A stretch of 58,849 bases of DNA from Octopus bimaculoides (Eukaryota), in the NCBI RefSeq assembly GCF_001194135.2, contig NC_068982.1:110291842-110350690 (forward strand), given 5' to 3'. Position 1 is the stretch's first letter, and each line of letters opens with the position of its first letter. The notes beneath the pieces were generated by a model that ran no database searches, had not been told where the DNA came from, and saw only the letters and a program-made list of their open reading frames with translations. Positions 23,834 through 34,640 of this stretch are shown one piece after another. The position numbers were made by a program, and so were the translations under genes.

Positions 23834-25621
23834 TCAGTGAAAAGGCTTTCCCTCAGTGTGTATTCGTTCATGTCTTTTTAAGAGACTGTTAGTGATGAAT
23901 GATTTTTCACATATTTCACAGCTATGGTGTTTGTCTCCTGTGTGTATTCGTTCATGTCTGTTTAAATCACTATTATTAACAAAAGATTTCCCACATATTT
24001 CACAACAGTATGGTTTTTCTCCAGTGTGTCTACGTTTGTGAACTAGAAGACTAGAACTAACAGAGAATGATTTATCGCATATATCACAGTGGTATGGTTT
24101 TTCTCCTGTATGTGCTCGTTTGTGAATTGTAAGATGAGAGTTTTCAACGAAAGATTTTCCACATATCTCACAGTGAAATGGGTTTTCTCCAGTATGTATC
24201 CTTTTGTGAACAACAAGACTCGAATTAACAGAGAATGATTTTCCACATATTTCACAGTGATAGGGTTTCTCTCCAGTGTGTGCTCGTTTGTGAATAATAA
24301 CATTTGAATGTTTAATGAAAGACTTTCCACAGATATCACAGTGATATGGTTTTTCTCCAGTGTGTATTCTACTGTGTGTTGTTAAATTACTGTTGGAAAC
24401 AAAAGATTTCCCACATATTTCACAACAATATGGTTTTTCTCCAGTATGACTTCGTATGTGGATCGTTAACCTAGAGTTTTCTATGAAAGATAGCCCACAT
24501 ATTTCACAATGAAACAGATTCTGACCAGTGTGTATTCTTTTATGTGTTGTTAAATTACTATTAGAAACAAAAGATTTTCCACATATTTCACAATGATAGG
24601 GTTTTTCCCCAGTGTGTATTCGTTTATGTCTTGTTAAATTACTGCTGAAGACAAAAGATTTTCCACAGATTTCACAGTAGTATGGTCTTTCCCCAGTGTG
24701 TATTCTTTTGTGTATTATTAAATTAGTATTTGAGACAAAATATTTTCCACAGATTTCACAATGATAAGCTTTTTCTCCAGTGTGCACTATTTTGTGTGTT
24801 TTTAAGTGATCGTTTGACGTAAAAGACTTCCCACATATTTCACAGTGAAATGGTTTTTCTCCAGTATGTATTCTTTTGTGAGTTGTTAGATTACCATTTG
24901 TGACAAATGATTTACCACATATCTCACAGCAAAATGGTTTTTCTCCAGTATGAATTCTGCTATGTGTTCTCAGCTGATTGTTGGAGACAAAGGATTTACC
25001 ACATATTTCACAGCAATACGGTTTAGTGTGAATTCTTTGGTGGATAGCAAGCTTAGAACTTTTAATGAAAGATTTCCTGCATATTTCACAGTGAAACAGG
25101 TTTTCTCCTGTGTGTAACCTGTTATGAGATTTTAAGTGAGCATTAAAGACAAAAGATTTCCCACATATTTCACAGTGATATGGTTTTTCTCCAGTGTGTA
25201 TCCTTTTATGGATGGTAAGTTGTGAATTTTTAAAGAATAATTTCCCACATACTTCACAATGAAACAGGCTTTCTCTAGAATGTATTCTCTGGTGTGCTTT
25301 TAACTGACCATTAGTAATAAAGGATTTCCCACATATTTCACAGTGATAAGCTTTTTCTCCAGTGTGTCTACGTACATGGACAACAAGATTCGAATTGTTA
25401 CTAAAAGATTTACCACATGTCTCACAATGAAACGGTTTTTCTCCAGTGTGTATTATTTTGTGACTTGTTAAATTACTGTTAGAGATAAAAGATTTCCCAC
25501 ATATTGCACAATGAAATGGTTTTTCTCCTGTGTGACTACGCTTGTGAACAATAAAATGTGAATTTTTCGTGAAAGATTTTCCACATATTTGACAGTGAAA
25601 CGGGTTTTGCCCAGTGTGCAT
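23834..25621 (-). CDS. Tandem C2H2 zinc-finger protein, 21 fingers, 595 aa, no KRAB/BTB/SCAN domain in the ORF
   Basis: 21 repeats of CxxCGKSFxxxSxLxxHxRxH joined by TGEKPY/F-type linkers (one linker shortened to TKPY). Uninterrupted single-exon ORF. The true N-terminus is uncertain. Confidence 0.93.
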   Translation of the reverse strand: MHTGQNPFHCQICGKSFTKNSHFIVHKRSHTGEKPFHCAICGKSFISNSNLTSHKIIHTGEKPFHCETCGKSFSNNSNLVVHVRRHTGEKAYHCEICGKSFITNGQLKAHQRIHSRESLFHCEVCGKLFFKNSQLTIHKRIHTGEKPYHCEICGKSFVFNAHLKSHNRLHTGENLFHCEICRKSFIKSSKLAIHQRIHTKPYCCEICGKSFVSNNQLRTHSRIHTGEKPFCCEICGKSFVTNGNLTTHKRIHTGEKPFHCEICGKSFTSNDHLKTHKIVHTGEKAYHCEICGKYFVSNTNLIIHKRIHTGERPYYCEICGKSFVFSSNLTRHKRIHTGEKPYHCEICGKSFVSNSNLTTHKRIHTGQNLFHCEICGLSFIENSRLTIHIRSHTGEKPYCCEICGKSFVSNSNLTTHSRIHTGEKPYHCDICGKSFIKHSNVIIHKRAHTGEKPYHCEICGKSFSVNSSLVVHKRIHTGENPFHCEICGKSFVENSHLTIHKRAHTGEKPYHCDICDKSFSVSSSLLVHKRRHTGEKPYCCEICGKSFVNNSDLNRHERIHTGDKHHSCEICEKSFITNSLLKRHERIHTEGKPFH

Positions 25622-26530
25622 TCTTTTGTCTTGTTAAAATACCGTTGAAGACAAAAGAATTTCCATATTTAAGTCGGATTTTTTTTCAATTGTGTATTTG
25701 TTCCTACGTGAAGACAAATGTTTTGAAAGTCTTTCTACAGAGAAGGACAACAATGTTCAGAAATATTCAGAATATTCAGAAATCTGTCAACGTAAAGGTC
25801 TCACAACTGCATATTCTTGTAAATGAGTCAGTATTAAAAACAGTAATGTTATTATCAAAGTGATTAACAACTTCCATATCAATTATCGAAAAATTATTGA
25901 AATTAGAGGAATGTCTGTGAGTATAAATCTATTATGGTTCAGTTCCTTGTTTCGGATATCATAAGCTTTATATTTATTTATACGCGTGTAAATTATTCTT
26001 TTTACTACAAGAATGTTTTTGATTGGATCCCCTTTTGTTCACAAAAAAAGACTTCTACGTTAAGAATGTGTTGGAATATGGTTGATGAGGATACACCAAA
26101 GGAATTGGTCCGAATAGAAACAAAAAAAAAAAGAGAGAGCAAAAACGAAAAACTGAGAAAAGTGATACGAGTTGAATGAAAAACAAATTCATGAAAAAAG
26201 TAAAATAAAATTTTAAAGAACTGAAACGGAGCCGATGAAATGTTTTGAGTTTCTGTTTATGCGCTGCTATGTATAAGCGCTGCAACATACATACCCGTGT
26301 GTGATTGCAGAGGTGTATACTATGTAATAACCAGATTTCAGGGTGTGTTATTGTCTTAAAGTAAAAAAAAAAAGAAGTCTCCACACTACAAGGCAAATTT
26401 CGATATTTCAATTTCCTTTAAACCCTTTTTTAGAGAGATTCATAAATAATAGTGTTAATATTGTTTTGTTATTATTATCTCTATTTGTGTTGTAATTCGC
26501 ATGGGATTTCTAATTGACATTAAATCAGAC

Positions 26531-26542
26531 TGCGCATGCGCA
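26531..26542. promoter_or_regulatory. Perfect NRF1/EWG-type palindrome TGCGCATGCGCA, probable promoter element of the ZNF gene
   Basis: Exact match to the YGCGCAYGCGCR consensus in a very AT-rich context, about 0.9 kb upstream of the ZNF ORF. Confidence 0.55.
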
Positions 26543-27129
26543 AACATTAAATCAAGTCGAATCGTCAAATAAAGTTTTAAATAATTTTTGGTATTTTTAA
26601 CTAATATTTGGTTTATGTTATTTTCTTCTGCTAAATGTTAAAATGTTTAAAATTTTATTTGCTCGTCGTAGCGGCGCACTAGCAGAAACTCAATACATTT
26701 CATCATTGCATTTCACGTCTCAGCTTTAGTTTTTTGTATTCGACATGTGTGAATCAGACCGTCTTCGGATAAACGTTATAAAATTGCTGATATCTTTGAC
26801 AGATTCCGTTTCGTTTGAATGGCACCGATGATATATACGTTAAAGGTTACTTTCAACTGTACTCAACCTATGGTAAATGAAAAAGCACCGCCTGGCAAAA
26901 TAACTGTCATGAACAACGAGGGGGGGTTTATGAAATCGCTCGACCTACTACGTAGAGCAGCGAAACCCACCTCAAAATCACAGCCTTCAGTTTTTAAAAA
27001 AAAACAGTCGTTTTAGATATACAAAAAAAACGGATAGTCACGATTAGAATGTCATTGATGTTAGATAACTGAAATTCATGTGTAATTACAGACGGTATTC
27101 AACAACATTCAACAAGAGAATTCCGCAGT

Positions 27130-27457
27130 ACTTTTAGGACAACCAAACACCTTCATGGGCATTACCTGACACCTCGGTAAGGCGGGCTACCAACGATGAC
27201 AAGAACTTCACTGTTAGCGACCCAGCCCCTCCGAACATCTCAAACGAACATCACAGGCTGGAAGAAATGGTTCACTGATAAGTTCCGATACTTAAGGATT
27301 TTGTTCCATTCGGTTACGGAAGCAGTGGCTCTCCCATTTACAGCAGCATCCAGGATGTGGGAGGGAGCAAAGGAATCACAGACTGTGATGTCCCAGGTGA
27401 GACACCTACTTCTTACCCAGGGACAAAGGGTAAGACCGTCTGGTTTCTTCCCATCAT
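27130..27457 (-). mobile_element. CRE-clade restriction-like endonuclease (RLE) fragment, copy A
   Basis: Minus ORF DGKKPDGLTLCPWVRSRCLTWDITVCDSFAPSH...KILKYRNL carries the PD-(D/E)xK-type motif RPDGLTLxPW...WDxTV typical of CRE-like non-LTR elements. Confidence 0.75.
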
Positions 27458-28465
27458 TGAGCTCCGCATCTCCATTGCATTCAGAGTGGAAGCTGACATC
27501 TGTTGGAGACTGAGATGTCGCTGTGACAGGTCCCTCGACTCCACAAACCTCCATCGTTTGTCTTGCCGCCTAAATGCTGGTCGTTTTTTATTTCTTTACT
27601 GTCCACAAGGGGCTACACACAGAGGGGACAAACAAGGACAGACAAACGGATTAAGCCGATTATATCGACCTCAGTGCGTAACTGGTAATTATTTAATCGA
27701 CCCCGAAAGGATAAAAGCAAAGTCGACCTCGGCGGAATTTGAACTCAGAACGTAGCGGCAGACGAAATACCGCTAAACATTTCGCCCGGCGTGCTAACGT
27801 TTCTTATTTCTTTATTGCCCACAAGGGGCTAAACATAGAGGGGACAAACAAGGACAAAGGGATTAAGTCGATTACATCGATCCCAGTGCGTAACTGGTAC
27901 TTAATTTATGGACCCCGAAAGGATGAAAGTCAAAGTCGATCTCGGCGGAATTTGAACTCAGAACGTAACGGCAGACGAAATACCGCTAAGCACTTCGCCC
28001 GGCGTGCTAACGTTTCTGCCAGCTCGCCGCTGGTCGTTTCGCTCGTCACACTGAGCTAAACTTAATCATTAAGTAGGCCCTTGCTCTGGTTAATATCCTC
28101 GGTTCTGGAGTTGTCAGGATTATCAAGAAGTGATGGGAAGAAACCAGTTGGCCTTACCTAAGAGGTAGGTGTCTCATCTGTAACTCCTTTGCTCCCTTCC
28201 ACATCCTGGATGCTGCTATAAATGGGAGGGTCACTACTTCCGAAGCCGAACGGAACGAAATCTTTAAGTATCGGGAATTATCATTGAACCATTTCTTCCA
28301 GCTAGTGACGTTTGGAGGGGCTGGGCCGCTAACAGTGAAGTTCTTGACATCGTTGGCGGCTCGCCTTATCGAAGCGTCAGGTGATGCCCGTGTGGGTGCT
28401 TGGTTGTTCCAACGCCTTAGCCTCGCCATCGCCTGTGGTAATGCAGCGAACGTGTTGGGTTAATT
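27458..28465 (+). mobile_element. CRE-clade non-LTR retrotransposon 3' part (zinc knuckle plus RLE), copy B, interrupted by a SINE dimer
   Basis: LRISIAFRVEADICWRLRCRCDRSLDSTNLHRLSCRLNAGR | SINE | AGRFARHTELNLII...GLSRSDGKKPVGLT...EAERNEIFKYREL...SGDARVGAWLFQRLSLAIACGNAANVLG*. Confidence 0.8.
27587..28028 (-). mobile_element. Tandem dimer of family A SINE with an 11-bp TSD
   Basis: Two head-to-tail near-identical units; gctggtcgttt is duplicated at 27576-27586 and 28029-28039. Confidence 0.85.
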
Positions 28466-28574
28466 CAGTAGGTTCCGTTGAACCTTGTGGTGTGCAACCA
28501 GCTGGGGCACTTGGTGTTGAATTGACGGTTTTTTTTTTCTTTCTTTCTTCCTCTTCCTTTCTTTGCTCATTGTT

Positions 28575-28767
28575 TTTCTTTTACTTGTTTCAGTCATTTG
28601 ACTGGAGCACCGCCTTTAGTCGAACAAATCGACCCCATGACTTATTCTTTGTAAGCTCAGTATAAATACTATCGGTCTCTTTGCCGAACCGCTAAGTTAC
28701 AGGGACATAAACACACCAACATCGGTTGTCAAGCGATGGTGGGGGACTACCACAGACACACAAACAT

Positions 28768-28808
<41 letters not shown>

Positions 28809-28915
28809 CACGACGGGCTTCTTTCCGTTACTGTCTACCAAATCCACTAACAAAGCTTTGGTCGGCCTGAGGCTATAGTAGAAGACACTTGCCCAAGGTG
28901 CTACTTACCACACAC
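28575..28915 (-). mobile_element. SINE family B copy, head truncated
   Basis: Aligns by eye with 14289-14723. Confidence 0.75.
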
Positions 28916-29633
28916 CCACTCATTTTTTCTTTGGGTTTTTTTGTTTGTTTGTTTTTTCATTTTAATGTGGTTTTGTACTTTATATGAAACACATACATAC
29001 ATGTTGTTATATAGGCAATAAAATAATTAATGNNNNNNNNNNNNNNNNNNNNNNNNNNNNNNNNNNNNNNNNNNNNNNNNNNNNNNNNNNNNNNNNNNNN
29101 NNNNNNNNNNNNNNNNNNNNNNNNNNNNNNNNNNNNNNNNNNNNNNNNNNNNNNNNNNNNNNNNNNNNNNNNNNNNNNNNNNNNNNNNNNNNNNNNNNNN
29201 NNNNNNNNNNNNNNNNNNNNNNNNNNNNNNNNNNNNNNNNNNNNNNNNNNNNNNNNNNNNNNNNNNNNNNNNNNNNNNNNNNNNNNNNNNNNNNNNNNNN
29301 NNNNNNNNNNNNNNNNNNNNNNNNNNNNNNNNNNNNNNNNNNNNNNNNNNNNNNNNNNNNNNNNNNNNNNNNNNNNNNNNNNNNNNNNNNNNNNNNNNNN
29401 NNNNNNNNNNNNNNNNNNNNNNNNNNNNNNNNNNNNNNNNNNNNNNNNNNNNNNNNNNNNNNNNNNNNNNNNNNNNNNNNNNNNNNNNNNNNNNNNNNNN
29501 NNNNNNNNNNNNNNNNNNNNNNNNNNNNNNNNNNNNNNNNNNNNNNNNNNNNNNNNNNNNNNNNNNNNNNNNNNNNNNNNNNNNNNNNNNNNNNNNNNNN
29601 NNNNNNNNNNNNNNNNNNNNNNNNNNNNNNNNN

Positions 29634-29962
29634 GATTCCCAGACCGGGCGTTGTGAGTGTTTATTGAGCGAAAACACCTAAATCTCCACGAGGCTCCGGC
29701 AGGGGATGGTGGCGAACCCTGCTGTACTCTTTCACCACAACTTTCTCTCACTTTTACTTCTTGTTCCTGTTGTCCCTGTAATTCAAAGGGTCAGCCTTGT
29801 CACACTGTGCCACGCTGAACATCTCCGAGAACTACGTTAAGCGTACACGTGTCTGTGGAGTGCTCAGCCACTTGCACGTTAATTTCACGAGCAGGCTGTT
29901 CCGTTGATCGGATCAACTGGAACCCCCGACGTCGTAAGTGACGGAGTGCCAACAACAACAAC
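29634..29962 (+). mobile_element. tRNA-derived SINE, family C (5' end lies in the gap)
   Basis: Near-identical to the copies at 42355, 49008, 51216 and 54007; ends with gacggagtgcc(aac)n. Confidence 0.85.
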
Positions 29963-31534
29963 AATTTACATGCTAATATCTATAGCTCTATGTGTGTGCT
30001 TCGAAATATTCCAAAAAAGAATCTGTGTGTGTGTTGAAATACATTGATGTTGGAATTGTTGTTTAACGTCAGGTAAGCTCTGATTGGACATACCACTGAC
30101 TAAAGGCTTTCCATCCGTGACCATATTGTGTGGTGAGATGTGAGGGATATTTGGCTTCTATTTCTAGCTGATCGAGTCGTTGTCTAGATGCTTTCTCAAG
30201 GGAGGTAATTCTAATTGCATGTTTTGGTTTGTCTCTGCGAGAAAGTTCGTGTGAATACCTTGCAGGTAACATCTTTTCACAATTAGAATATTTCAAGAAC
30301 ATAACGTAACAGAATCACAGGATGCTAATGACCTTAATGTGTTTTAAACAATTCAGAATTATTTTAATATTATTTCATGTACCGCATATGTTCAGAACTT
30401 TCATCATAAACTTCATTCTTTTTCTCGGAGACGTCTTGTCCAAAACACCATCCTTCATTTCATTTCACTGAACAACTTATAAATCTTTTGGTTTTCTTTT
30501 TCTGTGTTTCTTTCCATTCCGATTCTTACCGGAGGCAGACCAACATTAATGTCCCAATTCTGGTAACTACCTTTAATTATATCTGCCCCTTATTTTTCTT
30601 GTGTTATTTCACTAATTGTACACAATGAAAAAACTATACTAGCGTGATAGAACATTATGAAATTACTATTTTGAATAAATACCCAATCTTGATAATGAGT
30701 ATATTTTATTCATTGTACTCATAACGATAATACATTATAATTTAATAGACCTATGTTTCTTTCTTCCATTAATTTCTATTCTTTTTAATGGTCTGCGCAA
30801 CTAAACGAAATAGCTAATTGAATGCAGTAGGAACTTGATTCAAAATTTTCACTAGTATTAATGAAAGAAATATTGTCAATTTATTATGACGCAATTTTTG
30901 AAGACCTTACATCCTGTTAAATTAGCTTAATCTAGGTACGCCTCGCACGGTAACACTGAAATTCTAAGCAGATATGCAAGGTAAATAAAATTTGAGGTTT
31001 CTCCTTAATTCTGTCCTCGCTTTCATTGAAAATTATCCTTTACAATGTTCACAAAAAACGTTCTGCGTGACATGTGTATGAATAACTCACTGACATTGTC
31101 ATGTTGCTATGTATATTAGCGGCAAATGCGGCTTCAATGAGTTCTTTCTTCAAAAGTTAGCGATAACTAAAAATTTCTTTCTTTCAAAGAACTCTCGTTG
31201 ATATCTTTACCGTATAAGAGTCTTTCAGAGACGAAGGGGAACTAGTTTGATGCATTAAATACAACTTTACACCGGTACGATACAGCTGGAGAGAAATAAT
31301 CGGGACCTTCACTTAGTTATTTTGATTCTCTCTCTCTCTCTATCCGAAGTGGATAAAAGTATGATGAAATAATGTTTATGACAAAATGCTAGTTTTATAG
31401 AGGAAAGGAATAGGATCTTCAAGTACTCATACCTTTCCCAACGGCATAAACATAAAAGAAGTTTCAGCCGGGAATTGAATTAGTTAATCAGCATACTGGC
31501 AGATTACCTCTTGCTCTATGTCGTTCACCTACGT

Positions 31535-31662
31535 CGACTCCAGTGATCAACTGGTATTTATTTTATCGATCCTGAAAGGATAAGTCAAACTAGGCGGAAT
31601 TTGAACTCAGAATCTAAAGCATTTTGCCCAGCATGCTTACGATTCTGTTAGCTCGCCGCCTT
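31535..31662 (-). mobile_element. SINE family A partial copy
   Basis: ggcggaatttgaactcagaa...gctcgccgcc is shared with 27587-28028. Confidence 0.7.
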
Positions 31663-31999
31663 ATGATTGATGAAATATTAGTAAGCAAAAATTCATTCTA
31701 AAGTTTTTTACGTTGTGTCACCATGTTTAAAACAAACAACAGTACTGACATTTTGTCGTATATAACCTTCATTAATTGTATTAATATTTTTCCGTCTTAT
31801 ATTTCCGGTTTCTTTGCTTTTCTCTATTGTCTTCTGAATTTGTACTTATATAGCTGTTTCAATCAACTTCATAGCTATTCAAAAGTAAACGTCCTATAAT
31901 ATATATATTCGGTTTATCCCCTTTAGGAGACAAACCAAATATACCTACTCCATTTGTAACATTTTGTTACATGCAGATTACTTAGAAACAAATGACAGC

Positions 32000-33450
32000 C
32001 ACCTTGTTATCATGATTGGTGATTTTAATGGCCATGTTGGGTACTTCAGCAGACTTGGAGGCTATGTATATGGTACATGAAATGAGGAAGGATCAAGGTT
32101 CGCAGAGTTCTGTTGTGCAAATAATGCGATCACTTATCAATCAAGTGAATACATATGCCAGATATACTTCATACTCATAAGGAAATAGAATTTGCAGCTG
32201 GTTATGACTAATATGTCCTTCCTTGGTGAAAAATGTACTACTCCAACATAGATTAGAGATTGTTGGTAAACTCAAAATCAAAACTAGAGACTCAGAGACT
32301 AGACAACGTGGTGAAGAAAAGTATGAGAGCTGAAAGATCTCTCAGCCAGATATAGTACTAGATGATACATCTGACAAGGAGGGAGAGATAAAGGTTTATA
32401 GCATAAAGGACAGGTGAGAGTTCTACAAGACAACATGTTGTGAGCAACTGACCAGATTTGTGTAAGATTTGATCAGATCAGAAAAAGTTCCCAAGCAGAT
32501 GGAAGAGGGCATTGTGGCAAGTGTTAAGGTAGAAAAAGCTACAAAAGCTAAAAAAAAAATAGGCATGGAAATGCTGGAAGCAGAAACCTTATCAGGTAAT
32601 AAAAAGAGAAGCTTGATGTCAGATATGCATAGCAAGGCAAGAAGCTGAAAATATAAGGTTTGTCAATATTCTGCAATGGAGGAATCACATGTATGGGTTC
32701 TGGAGTGCAAACTAAGATCTCATTGGAGAATAGTGCAAATGGAATGATGGCAGTGCACTTACCTTCAGTGATGCTGAGAAGAAAGAGATATGAAAATGTT
32801 ACTCCAAGAGATGAATTTGTCCAAGTAGACCTAACTGAAGGGTCAGCTATTGAAATTGAGAGCTATATTGTTGAAGACATGATTAAGGATATTAAGGCAT
32901 GGAAAGCTGCTGTACAACCAGGGATAGTCACTGAAATGCAAAGATATGTGGCAAAGTAAGATGCACTAATCATGATAGAACCTGATTATCAGGTCAACCA
33001 TGATAAAATATACCAGAGGTCAAAGGCATTCTATCCATGTCTATTCTGCTTTCTTCCTATGCACAGCAAACCCTAAATCATATTATCCAATGTATTCTTC
33101 ATTAAGACAATAGGGTGTAATTTCAGAGAATACAGGGATATATATCAAATGATTGCCAGAAAAGAATTCCCATCAACTGCTACAGAGGCAATGTAGATAC
33201 TGTAGAAAGAAAGAACAACAGGTAAACTAGGCTATGAGAGTAACAGAAAGAATTATAGTACAACTGATTAGGAAGAGAATTTAGGAAGATGCAGTTCAGA
33301 TTTATGTGAGAACTGGGTACCACCAACACTCTGTTTTTAGTAAGACAGTTTCAGACAGAAGTTATGAAATAAGAATTAACTGCTCCACTTAGCATTCATA
33401 AACTACAAGAAGACATGTTACAGAGAGGTAGCAACTTTACCATGTTATAT
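32000..33450 (+). mobile_element. Old, heavily decayed RTE-clade LINE (APE to RT start), probably in the GFER 5' intron or upstream region
   Basis: LVIMIGDFNGHVG at about 32003-32041; VEDMIKDIKAWKAAVQPGIVTEM resembles the EVxxAIxxMKxGKAxGxDGIxxEM linker; multiple stops. Confidence 0.6.
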
Positions 33451-34394
33451 GAGCTACCTGTACACACATATTAACATCATTAAAAAGGAATACTACTGTG
33501 TCTACATACATTTATATTTATATATATATGTATGTATCCATTTGAAGTTTATGATTCATTCTGTTGCTACTGAGTTTCTTAGCTTTTTGAGTTTGTTGCC
33601 TGATCAGACATACACAAATTAAGAACTCAGTGTATCAACTGGATGAATCTTTAAGTTTGAATGACTTAACTCTACTAAATGTGTTGAGGACTTTTTATCC
33701 CATTTTTATTCTCAAACACACACATTATGTGTGTATAGTCAGAAATGTGTGTGTCATGGTTGAGACAAGAGTATTGAAAATCAACAGGACCTGCAAATAA
33801 ATATTGAGTATGATCTGCTGGATATGCAGTGTCATCAAACATCTAGCACAAGTTAACCAAGTGTGCAGTTATGTATTAAATGAATCAACCTGTGTATGCA
33901 AAAATGGCAGTTGAAGTGGCATAGGCCATATGTTGTGAATGGTTGATGAGAGCTGGAATGAAATAGGCTCATGTACTAATAGTAGAATGTATCCAGAGGC
34001 AAAAAACTAAAGATGGACACAAGAAACTTGCAAAAATTTAAAAATCAACATGTTGACCCTTGCAGAAGAAATGACACTTAAATCTTCAATCAGTGCCAGC
34101 ATAGAAAAACCAAAGTTAAAATATATACAGGGTTAGCCAAAAGTCACCCAACAGTAAATCAAAATTCCATAAATACTTAATATTCAATTTTATTTATTCA
34201 TTCCAATTATGAATGTTTAATAATTGAATGCTGTGAATTAAAATCACCCTTTATTTAGATGCTTTTATTAAATTCATTCAGTTGTTAAACATAAATAAAC
34301 CTTGGATTTACTGTCAGGTGACTTTGGGGCAACCCTGTATATTATATTTTTAAATGATTACCTTGTATTATTTCAGATTTAGTTCAATGTACAC

Positions 34395-34640
34395 ATGTCA
34401 GCCTCAAACCTACCAAAAAGTGAAGTTGACAGTCCTATTCCCTCAAATTCATCAAACAGCCACACATCTGGAAGTGAACAAGATCCTTCTCAAAAACCTG
34501 CTTCAAAATTGGAAACATCCACATCTGCAAAAGTTTCATTTGATTTAGATGTAAAGAAAGATGAAAAACCATCTAGTAAATTGTGCCGGGCATGTACAGA
34601 TTTTAAAACCTGGATGAAAGCACAACCTGCAATAACTAAG
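34395..34640 (+). CDS. GFER: FAD-linked sulfhydryl oxidase ERV1/ALR, coding exon 1 (82 codons)
   Basis: Acceptor tatttcag at 34376; ATG at 34395; contains the KLCRACTDFKTWM shuttle CRAC motif; donor AAG|gtaggt (phase 0). Confidence 0.9.

Noticed and set aside
27130-27460. Twin-priming 5' inversion as the explanation for CRE copy A
   Set aside because: The inverted piece duplicates the 3' region already present in copy B and is clearly diverged. Twin priming inverts upstream, non-overlapping sequence.
30900-30986. Possible non-coding first exon of GFER ending caag|gtaaat at 30980
   Set aside because: It rests only on a donor-like motif and cannot be supported without transcript data.
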